Source: Pecten maximus (lineage: Eukaryota). Taken from it: a DNA stretch of 64,000 bases. Each line of letters starts with the position of its first letter. Position 1 is the first letter of the stretch. The stretch lies in NCBI RefSeq assembly GCF_902652985.1, contig NC_047017.1:25234001-25298000 (forward strand), read 5' to 3'. A program made the position numbers and the translations under genes. Below, in pieces: positions 42,001 to 57,964 of the stretch. The notes beneath the pieces are model-generated. The model searched no databases and was not told where the DNA came from. It was given only the letters and a program-made list of their open reading frames with translations.

Positions 42001-45000
42001 CAGTGACATTTAAGGACGTGCCTGGTTTTGGTGGAGGAAAGCCGGGGTACCCGGAGAAACCATTTACCAACAAAAACCTTATTGTATTGAAAAGTAAATA
42101 AGAATATGGAATATCGAGTGAGGACATTCTGCAAATATAGAAAGATGTGAATGTGTGAGTAAAATTTATCCTCATCACGATATTTAGAACGAATTTGATT
42201 TTGTCTTCGTGTTTCTAGATCATTAAGATAATCGAGTGAAAATGTACAATAAGAAAATTATGCAGTACCGCGGGAAAATCTGCACGATAAATGTAAAAGA
42301 TTTAAATCTGATTCATAGGTTTGTATAAGATTGGAACTAATTTGAAGAAAAAAAATCTTAATGTATAATGACGTTGTCCGTTCTCTATCCCATAGATTGT
42401 AGTGTCCCGTACACCGCAAAGGAGCCTTTGTTAATTACTTGTGTGAAGCAAGTAAAAGATTGTAAATTGTAAATAATATTGTATGAAAATTATTACAATT
42501 ATAATACTTACAAACGTGAAAAATCCCGTCAAAGACAGCGTTTGGTCCCGGATATCCTAAAATATAATACATTTTCTATGAGGAATATAATGTAAGGCTG
42601 ACTTATCATTGCTTTTGCGTTAATTGATTAATTTTATTGACAATTAAATATTTTCATTTTCCAATTACAACCCTATAAGGAAACAACATTAATATACATA
42701 AGGTGACAATGCACAGTTTCATGTCGACAGTGTCCGTACCAGATCGTTGACAGTGAGAAGACTCAGGGAAACCTGTACAATAACCCTCTCTGACGGACGT
42801 TGTAAAACCTGATAACCGTCGGTTGTGAAGATTTGGGTGCGGAGGGCTTCTTCAAGGGCGCGGCTGTACGGAGACGGACCTCCTGGGGGCGGACAACAAA
42901 CGTGCGTAACTACACACGTTACTACTACCAGTCCTACAACATAACATATCGTACAGTATTATGAATTCATTTCTACTCATTCATGTCAAATTTACTTTTT
43001 GTTTCGCGATAAGTTCTTTTATTTAGAATGTGGTGCTGTTTTAAGACCCATCGACAATTGCATCTATTGATCTTCAAGGTTCATGATAAGAAAAATCAGA
43101 TACACTTCGGTAGAAATCTTAATTACAATATCAGATTAAAACATTCGAAATTACGAATTTAAGTTTATTTATTTTACATCAAACACAATTTTAATTCAGT
43201 TTTAAAGAGGTGTGATTTGCAAGAACTAATATGAAATGCTTTTACATGTACAAAGATACAGCTGATGCGCCGTTTTCCAAAACGAGCATTTAACCAAATA
43301 CAGAGTTTATATCAATGAACAAATTTCGATATAAAAATTTGGTTAGATATACCTATCACACCCTGAATCCGTGTTGATGGGAAAATTTAATTTTTTTATT
43401 CACCCATTAAGTGTTGGGAAGGCCAAATAGAAAATGAACACATATTTCCGGATGAGATCTCTATCTTAAAGTGTTATTAACCTGGGGTCAGTCATAGTGA
43501 AGTTTTCGTTAATCTAATATATATAAGTCCCTTTTTATTCATTTTTTTTCTCCTTTCTTTCCTTCTTAGTCTTTTCAGAATGAAAGACTTTGCTTGAATG
43601 AATTAGACAAAATGTCTTAGTTTGAAACATATTTTTAATTGACATCATTTGTGCATAGGTATGCGAACCTGTAAATTGTTGTTTCGGTGCATATATTAAG
43701 CCTGGTCTGTCACAAACTATACGCACAAGTACAACATATATACGTTGATTAGTATTGGATAACATTGGATAGTTAAGACTATAAAATGTATTTATATATT
43801 TTGATTACCAAAAATTGTATAACAGAATGTTTTCGGTCATTGGGGTATCACGTTGAACGTTGTCCGATATGTTTCCTGAGGTATCATATGAATTGAATGT
43901 AGAATTGGGGAGGGCGAATCAAATGTAAAAATACAAACAAAATATGCACTGGAACCTGTCAAACAAAAATATATATGGGGTAACGAGATTCGAACCCATA
44001 ACACTGTCATCTACACTTTGGTAACGTTACACTTAGCCCACGCGACTGATTCGTCGATGTGAATTGTCTTGTACGTCATTAAACTGTTACATATATATTG
44101 TACGTATTTCCCTATATGATTATCGACTCGTCTAAAATCAATAAGCTTATCAAAGTTCAACACGACAGGTCATTCTGATCGGACTATGTTCGTAGTTAAT
44201 TACGACTGGCATTGTTCTTATCGGTTAACTTAATAACGAAATTATCTCGCCTATAATAGTAGGTCAAATTATATTGCCACACAATAAATCAAAGTTAATT
44301 TGTGGATATTCATATATTGATTCTATCTTGATGACATATTATCAGTACACACACGTAACTCGAGGAGGTGACATGGCCACCAGCGGTTATCACACACGCA
44401 GATCAGCATTCGGTGTACACGTACCTGAAACACAACTTTATATTGGACTCGTATATTTTTCATGACAATAGAAGGTCACACGTGCACATATTTGCGTCCA
44501 TAAAAGAACCAGATCAACAGTGTATAACGAACGACTAAAATTATATTTCAAAACGTTGTGACTTAAAAATTAGACGTTGTCGCGCCACGACCTCATTCTC
44601 AAAAGCAATGCCGTTCAAATACTAATTTTACTACCAATAGTCTTTCTTGATTCTTGACTCTCTCGACTACAAAATTCGTTCGTGCAGTTAAAAAAACAAA
44701 TATGTACATAAATAAACATCGATGAGCGGAGTTATTATCATTATCGATAGATTGCTTCCAAAAAGTCATGGCGTACCTAAATACAGTCTAAATATATATA
44801 ACTGGTTCCATGTCGGATTAGCTGAGTGACAGTATCAAGAAGTTCGTCAATTTGGGTCTAGCCTCGTCTGTCAATACATCCAATATGTAATATCAGATGT
44901 ATTGACAGACGAGGATAGGAACTTTGGGTTAATCTAACTAGCCTGTGCACACCATTGAACTGTAGATCACATGAACTCCCACAAACAAATATTCCGATTT

Positions 45001-45958
45001 GTTTGATGTTATCCTCTTGGCAAGTTTGGATCATTTAATCTGGTGTAAGATCAGAAACCTGATTAAAAAAAACCCGTCATATTATCTGTACCCAGGTGAT
45101 TATATACACCACAGCACCCTGTGGATAGCTATAGACACAGACAATACTCTGTATTCATCTCTAAAGCTGATTCCGTTAGCAATGACTGGGTGGTCAGCCC
45201 GCCGAGGTTTGTTGTTAACCTGCGTATTATATCGAAACAATATGAAATCGATTGGTAGATATTGACTGCGTCCATGCTTCATTATAAATCTTATCTGTCA
45301 CTGGTAAATCCTTCAAAATACAGCAATTCTAAAAAAAAAAGTTGTCATTTTATCAAAATTAGCACAAATCAATAGAAAGTCGGTGTTACTATTTGATACA
45401 ATGCAGCATCGGTGAAAAGAAACAGCAGTTTTATGATTTTTCCATCCAAAAAAAACAACTATAAAATCATTCACCAAGATTTCCTTTCGCTACCATTTAT
45501 CAAATACTAAACCGAAATAAGCTCTGCCAAAACTATAATTGAGATAAAACAAATATCATTCCGAAACAAAATGAATACGTAAAAAAGAAGATTTGAAAAG
45601 GTATGAACTGTTTCAAAACAAAACAAAAAACCGTTTTTATATACTGAAGTAAAAATACCGTGGACAAGTTTAAGTGTTGATGGTAATTTACCAAGCAAAA
45701 GTACTATTAGAATCGTAACTGAATTTCAGGTTCGTTTTGATTTGTTGTATAGTTTGATATATTCCAAAACAATCATACGCCAATTCCGACTAAGCAAGTA
45801 AAATTTCTGAAGAATCAGTAAAGATAAACAAGAATGCAACTTCTTCGAGACTAAATTAGTGTTAGTGAACCAGCACAGTTGTTGTCGACATATTAGGCAA
45901 ATAAAATATAAAACGACATATTCTTACCTAGAAGGACGTGTTCTTTTGTCTCAAACAT
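39071..45958 (-). CDS. nAChR-like Cys-loop ligand-gated ion channel subunit, non-alpha type (paralog 3), about 481 aa
   Basis: Exons (minus): 45928-45958 ([10 protein letters not shown], donor GTAAGA), 42740-42933, 42512-42556 (45 nt, [15 protein letters not shown]), 40767-40879 (YWQDERLDW...[10 protein letters not shown]), 39994-40529 ([41 protein letters not shown]), 39071-39597 (M3-M4). Same phases. Exon 42740-42933 has an in-frame stop just upstream and no ATG, so an upstream exon is required. Confidence 0.9.
41655..42065 (-). mobile_element. SINE-like repeat plus adjacent SINE 3' fragment in an intron of channel paralog 3
   Basis: GGGTAAAGCGTCTTGCCCAAGGACA...GTTGAACC...CTCTAACCGACTGAGC (tRNA-like head on the minus strand), followed by CCTATTAACAGCCAGTGACATTTAAGGACGTGCC, which is shared with 26020-26055. 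Confidence 0.55.
44862..44914. repeat. Perfect 19-bp inverted repeat with 15-nt spacer
   Basis: CCTCGTCTGTCAATACATC / GATGTATTGACAGACGAGG. Confidence 0.9.
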
Positions 45959-48866
45959 ATCTGGTGTAAACTGCCACTTCTGCTCAAAGGTATTCTAAAA
46001 CAAACAATGCACGCAATGGTCTGGAATACATTTGATATAGGTGTAGACATTAGTACGGAGGCCACTAAGACCATATCAGGATGTTGGTTGATCTGCCAAG
46101 TTAATACTACCCAAGTGTATGTTTAATTCCAACTACTGTTGTGTCATTTGATGTCATGACGACTCCGTAAATGCATATTAAGACATAACATGATTTTACT
46201 TACCTTGTGGAACTTCCATTGATATTAGGTCGTGAAAGTTTCAATAGCAATGCCACCATTTCAGCATCATCCACCTTTTACCTTCATTGTGATGCTGGAA
46301 TAGATAGGGAGTCAAAATGTTGTTATTTAAGTTTCAAGTCAACATTAGAATTTGCTGTTTTCACAAATATTTAGAAAACATTCATTGTGTTATAGCCTAT
46401 AATACATGTATTTGTTTCCAATAGTGTGTTGATGTTGGCTACATGTATCTTGAGTTCTTAACTTGTTTCATGAGTCTATAAAACTTTTACCTGCCGATTG
46501 ATGCCAGTGTTCACAAAAAGATGAGGGAAATCTTCTTCGGTGTTCATACGACTATAGGGTTTAACAAGACGCAACAAGATATAGACACTTGCACCACAGA
46601 TTTGACTTCAGATACGTCAGAGCCAAAAATGAGTGAAACTGCATCATGCAGCATTTTCGTCCTGATAGGACTCGTCAGTGATGCCATGGACCTAAAGTCT
46701 TGTTACCTAGGTAACGTCTTAAGAAACTCAAAATATGTCAAAGGAAATGACAAAATCTCCATTGAGAGGTAAAAATTTCGTTATTCAATGAATGTGATCA
46801 TTTTGATTTTGAAATTTCAAAAAAAAACCATCAAGTGAATTTGAATTTAGCATGTGTCATGGAGAGGACAATAATAAGTTGCGATACCTTGCGTCTGATT
46901 CCTTTGTGTAATATCTATGCAAGATTAAATTCATTCAAAATGTTATACATATAACGGCAAAGCTAGAGGACAGAATGGGGAAAAAAACCACGATATATAC
47001 CTGTATTTATAATTTGTGGTATACAAACATCTATCAACATAACATGACTTAAGAACTTTACTTGGGTTTCATTACCAAATTCTGTGAAAACCCGAATATA
47101 AAAGGATATTCCATTTCAATTGTGACTCTGAGATTCCGTATGTTTACATACACGAACATAGTGTGTTAAATATCACAAAATTTTAAGTAACAAAGTATTA
47201 TTCTAAATATACATACTATACATTAATAATAAAAATCAGACTAAACTGTTTTTTAAATCATATTATCAGTGTGATAATACTTGTATTGTTTGTGCCATTT
47301 TTTAATTATTTATTTATCTAAATAAGACAGCAAATAAAAAGACTACATCTGAAGCAATGACAATACATATTAATTGTAATTGATAAATATCAAACTTCTG
47401 CATTATCTGACATGTAGTCCAATCAGATAGCATGCACGCTTTGGTCACGGACAAAGGGGAATTATTAATGTGTCTGAGTTTTCAATGAAGTGTTAAGCTC
47501 TGTGTGTATTGTGAAGACCCCCACACAGGCACAGATATTAACCTTTATAACTGAAATGATTCATTGACTGGGTCATTATCAACAAATGGTAGTCTAAATG
47601 TGCACTCTGGTCATAACTGGTATCGTTATTCAGAATTCTACCTACAGACTTATCTTTAATTTTAATGATGAATCCTAATCACTTCAATATCTAAATGGCA
47701 GTTTTAAAGTGGATGTTCTATAGGATAGGGTGCGATAGGAAACCAGGACAAACTTATCCAATGGAGATTGCGTTAATAACCGTTACAACTCCTCACTAAT
47801 GTAATCGCAAATCAATTGTTTATTATGCAATTAGACAATAATTAGACATGCAAATTCTTATCAAGGATCCTCTTTATCAAATAGCTCATCTTAGCTTAGC
47901 ATTGAATACAGTTAATCACGATTAAGGTTTTGTGTCCCATCCAGAATGCTTATGAATTCAAGTCTTCCCAAATTAAGTCTTTGTTAATTTGCTATTCTAA
48001 CCTCTTTATCTAAAGCAAACAATAGCCTATTTCAACACATTCTACCTAATTTTTGTTTGCCTTTTGTTCATGGAGCAATGTTGATCTAGTAACTACCCGA
48101 AGTTTTTAAGCTATATATAATACAGCACATTTCTATGCGATATCATATTTACTTTATAAGATAGCACATATAATATATGAGATATCTTGCACCTTATACC
48201 TTTATAAGATATTTTGTATTTCCGTGCATGTGAATCTTCGATACTCCATGGGGTTATGCTCACGTTCGCTCTCTCCACCCCGAGAATGGCAGTGGAAAGT
48301 TGAAGGGACCTGATATACCTATTTGATTGCTGTGAAGAACAAAACATGACTAATCTGCTACGCTTCTTCTGGAGATCACAGAGGAGTGACAATCAAGTTC
48401 AAAGCCAGTCAATTATTTTATTCACATCTGATTAGTTTTTGTTTTATTTTGTAATCCTCAAGATCGCTGTGGCTTACAATGTAGTATAAATAATTATACG
48501 CTGTTTCCTCCGTTCCGACCGACAGACAATAAATAATGTATATAATTTAAACGTGTCGAGGAAAGGCTACTTTATCGCAGCTTGCGGTGATATATTTCTA
48601 TTTTACCATAACATATTCCAGTGTTGTAGAGAACGGAAGACAAGTTACCCCTGGAGTATCAAGGATGAATACAGTGACCGGACGTTAGTACCAATATACA
48701 TTGTACTTGGTAGAAGAAAAGAGTATTCTCGCTGGCCTACGTGCTTTATTTTACAGCTGATAGACATATCTATATGTCCATAACTGGTGACGAACAAGAA
48801 TCGAATGAAAATATTTCATCAAATTAAACCCCATAGCATGCGCTATGACTTCTGACAAGCTCATGA

Positions 48867-48962
48867 CACAGGGGCATGTCTAGTCTTATATTAAAAAACA
48901 GAAATACTTATAAATAAAGACTTTCTGGCTATTTTTAATATAAGACTAGAGATGCCCCTGTG
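48867..48962. mobile_element. 96-bp mini-MITE with 31-bp TIRs and 7-bp TSD
   Basis: CACAGGGGCATGTCTAGTCTTATATTAAAAA ... TTTTTAATATAAGACTAGAGATGCCCCTGTG (1 mismatch), flanked by CTCATGA / CTCATAA. Confidence 0.75.
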
Positions 48963-49165
48963 CTCATAACGGTTCTTCAAGACTGGTAATTTGGAAAACA
49001 CTGGCTACGTACATATATCTAACCGACTGCTACATGTACACTACTACCAGCCAAAGAATACTTGTTTCATCTTCAAATCATTTTAATTTATATTGAATAT
49101 CGTGGTGTTCTCTGTATATAATCCAGGCATGTGCCAGTATAGAAAAGTTGATTTGTGCATTCATG

Positions 49166-49676
49166 GAAACAAGAGGCACAGAGGGCCTGTATCGCTCATC
49201 TGGTTTCATGAGATATGAAAAAAGAACGATGCTTAAGTATATTTGTCACTGGTATTGCTATGTCAATATATCACAAGCATTTTATATGGTTACATGAACA
49301 TTGGTTTTATTGTAATTCTAAAAATGTCAATTCAGCCAAATTGATCCCTTTTGGCCCCGCCCCTCAGCCCCCCGAAGTGTCAGCCCCAACATTTGTACAA
49401 TTTTAAATCCCTACCCCAAGGGGATGCTACCAGGCGAATATGAGCGATATCCATTGCTTAGTTTCAGAGAAGAAGTTGTTTACATAAATTTAGGCAAATT
49501 GACCCCGCCCCTCAGACCCACGGATGTCAGCCCCACCATTTGAACAATTTCCAATCCCCAAACCCATAGGGATGTTACCAGGCAAATATGAGCGATATCC
49601 ATTGCTTAGTTTCAGAGAAGAAGTTGTTTATATCAATTTAGCCAAATTGACCTTGTTTGGCCTCGCCCCTCAGACC
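49166..49676 (+). mobile_element. Non-autonomous Helitron/HINE-like element with an internal satellite-like repeat (about 150-160 bp unit, just over 2 copies)
   Basis: Begins GAAACAAGAGGCACAGAGGGCCTGTATCGCTCATCTG. Contains tandem units with CCAAATTGACC...CCCGCCCCTCAG...ATATGAGCGATATCCATTGCTTAGTTTCAGAGAAGAAGTTGTTTA. The layout resembles bivalve satellite-bearing HINE elements; family assignment is inference. Confidence 0.65.
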
Positions 49677-50020
49677 GGATATTTAATATCGACACTTCTA
49701 AAGTATGAGCATTGGTGATGAAAATGTCAGGGAGAAACGAATTTTCATCAAAGGTGACATATTATTAAGATTCCATTGTCATAATATTGGCTTCAGTATC
49801 ATAAATCTGTAAACAAATAAATACATATCAATTGTTTTGAAGTATCCATATTGTAAAATTTGGCATGAAGATTGAACTGCTTCAAATACTAGAATAACGA
49901 CATTTTTTCGGTACATACAATTTATGCATGGGACCACATGCATTTGTAGACATCAATTGAACAATAATACAATATCTAGTCACTAGTATAGGTTTTCAAT
50001 ATTTATAAAGACCTATGCTA

Positions 50021-51147
50021 CGAGGGCAGATTGATATATGAGCCTCATATTGAAGGATTTGAATTTTGCCGGCCATATTGTATTTTTTTTTTCATCATAA
50101 TCCCGTTCAGTATCTATACACTTTTGCCAGTGGTTTTAAAGGGATGCTCAGTCAATTCAAAGCAACAATCGTAAATGGCAGCCATGGCAATGACAGACTA
50201 ATGAACAAGAGCATTGTCATGATGGAATAACACACCTTTAGTGGGCTTTCCGCGGCGCTTAAGTTTAATATCTCCCCGTAACTGCCTCACAAGTGAAGCA
50301 TAGTATGTGCCATTGATTGTTTGACCTTTTTGGAGATAATCTATCAGCAAAATACCATCTGCATCCCAGAAAACCGAGGCCATAACCTTCCCAGCGGATG
50401 GAACAGTATTTGCCTTCTTTGGCGGGGAAGAACCAGGGTGCTTCCATCGTTTCGATTGTTGTTTGGCCTCTGGGTAAAATGATGGACCAATTTTTCATCC
50501 ATAGTGACAAATCTCTGAAGAGAGTTGGCAGGATCTTCCTAAAAAAGGTTCAGATTATCACGCGATAATGTTCGACTGGTGCGCTTCTGGTCAACTGTCA
50601 GAAGTCTTGTTACCCATTGGGCCGAAAGCTTTCTCGTTGCAAGATCTTCGGTCAGAATCCAATGTACTCTTTCCTGTGAAATGCCATCTCTACTGGCTAT
50701 AGATCATTCTGTGATTCGTCTGTCAGTCATAACAATATCATGTACTTTACTGACCATTTCTGGGAATGAAACATTGACAGGCCTTCCAGGACAGGGGTCA
50801 TCCTCAAGTCTCTGTCGGCCGCGCTTAAATTCCGCAATCCACCTTTATACTGTAGCATATGAAGGGGCATCTTTACCTAGTGTTGCTGCCATATCATTAT
50901 GGATATCCTAAGGCATTAAACATGTTTTATGCAAATATTGGATCACTGCTCTTTCCCCGATTTTGTCCATTTTGCAAAAGTCGCTTGTCTTGTTTACTTT
51001 TAGAGTGCTACCTCGTCGATATAAACTAACCAAATGAGACCAGTCCTTGGTACACGGCCTATATAGTCAGAGAAATGTAGGACTTAAAGAGAACATCCTT
51101 GAGTACCTCATTCAATACGAGGCTCACAACATATCAATCATCCATTG
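50021..51147 (-). mobile_element. Defective mariner (Tc1/mariner) DNA transposon
   Basis: Imperfect TIRs (CGAGGGCAGATTGATATATGAGCCTCATATTGAA vs TTCAATACGAGGCTCACAACATATCAATCATCCATTG) flanked by TA at 50019-50020 and 51148-51149. The transposase from ATG 50970 (MDKIGERAVIQYL...EDDPCPGRP...WVTRLL...VTMDE...ASVFWDADGILLIDYL...HHDNA) has stops, frameshifts and a deleted C-terminus. Confidence 0.9.
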
Positions 51148-52342
51148 TAAGTATGAGGAATTTTATTACTTTTCAATTTAGAACTCATTCTATAAAGACC
51201 TACACAGTACTTGTTATTATTTGATTATTATTATTATCATAACTACAAACACATTATACATGTAGCTATTTTTTTATATAGATCCAAGTACTACATGAGA
51301 AGATATAACTAGATTGGCAGAAACACGGCGATTTTGACATCAAATCATCTTCAAAAATATCCGACAATAAATAAAGGTTGATTCGTCTCTATTTGAATAT
51401 CTTATACATATTAGGTTATATCAATGACACAATGAATACATGATTAATAATCAAGGCAATATGGATACTATAAGGAAAATATCTCCACCCAGATAAGGTT
51501 CAACTAGCATCTGAATTCACTACAATAAACATGAGGATGATCGCTGTTACCACTGTCAAAATAAATTGTCCTTAATTTGTTCAGCATGATACATTCTTCT
51601 GTTAATATCTACTATTGTTTCTATCTTTTGTCTTCCATGAGTATCCCTTTGCTTCTTTTGAATGCATTGTATCATTGCTGGGAGACGTCAAATCAAATAT
51701 CAGGATTTTAGTAAAATACCAGGTTACTGCACAATCAGCATATCAAATCTTAGTTCACTTGATACTAAAGGATAAGTTCTATAATATCCACTTCAATCAT
51801 CACAGTGAGCAATAACAAATCACACAAGTGGTTATATAAAACGTCCTGATACGATCATTTGCCATTCCAGTTTCCCAGAAAGCAGTAATCCATGCACAAA
51901 TTTCAAATCTAACAAAAAATATGATCTTAATTACCAAGTAAATTACTCTGCCAAATTTTCTGTTTTTAAACATAATTATAAACGTAAAAAAAATAAGAAT
52001 GGAGTTATTTCACTTGTTCAGCACAAATATGCTTAAATCATGAAATTACACACATAAACATTTAACAGTAATTATATATAACATACATGGAACACATATA
52101 TTGCACCGACAGAGTTCCCATGGTAACACAACATTTCAACAAATAAAGGAAAGGATAACAATTCAATCAACGATGAGAGGTTACAATAATCATTCATAAA
52201 ATATATGTTCTGGCCTGATGGTTTTTTACTAGGAATGATAGGGACATAAACACCTTGCCACACATTAAACACATGTAAACCCTATTTCTGTCTCAATACT
52301 GTACCATATCTTGTTTAGTTACATTTTTTATACACATTCATC

Positions 52343-52413
52343 TTTGCAATTCTTATTTAATGCAAACATTATTTGATGCTTTGCAATTCTTATTTAATGC
52401 AAACATTATTTGA
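52343..52413 (+). repeat. Near-perfect 37-bp tandem duplication
   Basis: CTTTGCAATTCTTATTTAATGCAAACATTATTTGA occurs twice in tandem. Confidence 0.9.
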
Positions 52414-53467
52414 AGTGTAAAAATATTTTTTCAAAAATGTGATCAAATTTTAAATACACACATATTCACAGGAGTCAGACACCTCCTGAGAGGACCATAT
52501 CAAATGAAACTCTTGTTGTCACGAAACATTCAATTTTCCCATGAAGCAATACAAGATGTTCATTGTTTTGAGAATAAATCAAATACTTTTCTACTGACCA
52601 AAATGTCAATTTAATGAAGTCTAGTGTCACACCAAGCTATCTTCTACCTAGTGAACATATTTCATTTGTTTGTTTGTGTGGTGTTCTAGAGCATTATAGT
52701 CCCTAGGAAGAATTCCAAAAATAAAGTTCCAGAAGTGGAGAGTGTTCCAACTATGGTACAAGTGTTTTTTAATTGTATTTTATAGTTTTGCACGTGTAAT
52801 TCCAGGTATCATAAAACTGAGAAATATACATAATCTTACAACAGGTAAGCATGTTACTTCATACATAGAAATAAACAGTTTCCTTGAGATTATGAAACCA
52901 TTTTAAATATCTAGATATCTGATTGAGCATATCTTCAATGAATTAATTAAATGTATGCCAAAACAAAATTATACATATTTAATGTAACCAAATCATTATA
53001 TATGTAACAGGTTTTTCACACAACCTTTGATCAGATCACATCGATTATATGGAGCATGGGTTGAGAACTTAAGCAAGTCTTTGTGAATCAGACCTGTATA
53101 TAGGTCATTTACCACTAAATCCATCTAATTCCTTATACTGAGTAAATACATCAGGGTTCTTTTAAATATCTACAATATCATTTACTCTTAACTGTAAAAC
53201 ATACATATTTTAGCAGTAATCTTATTTTACTGTTTTTGAAGTTCAAGCATTTCACTCTAATAGAATTCCTGTATTAATAGTGTTATTACATTTTGTTAAT
53301 TATATATATGGAAGATGAGCCAATTATCAAAACAGAAATCTGTTCAAATTTCATGATGAAATAAAATTTCGATTCACTAAAATATGTGTGTTTACAGTAT
53401 CCTGAGTGACTTTCATGCATATATACAAATATGTTGAATCCATCTTCATCCAAATGCCCATTATTTT

Positions 53468-57684
<4,217 letters not shown>

Positions 57685-57964
57685 TTTGACATCTTTTTTT
57701 ATTGTTATTATCTTGGTGGAAAACACGCTTGACAGTCAGGAAGAACGCTCGCGTACCTTTGATTCAAAACGCTTTGAGGACGTAGATAATCTTAGGCGCA
57801 TTCGATCCAAGATTGAATTTTTACCAAACATGTCTGTCAGAAATTACACACGTTGTTCCTTGAAGATATCTTATTATAATTAGAATCCCAAATTGAGTAT
57901 TTAACATTTTAAAATAATACCACACTCTCGGTATTTTAGATGGACATACAAGATTGAGGCAATC
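57685..57964. promoter_or_regulatory. Putative bidirectional promoter and 5'UTRs of LRRC57 and NTPCR
   Basis: Divergent ATGs at 57684 (-) and 57965 (+) are only 280 bp apart; locally more CpG dinucleotides. Transcription start sites are not determinable. Confidence 0.65.

Noticed and set aside
50579-50911. 110-aa plus-strand ORF
   Set aside because: Antisense to the mariner transposase remnant.
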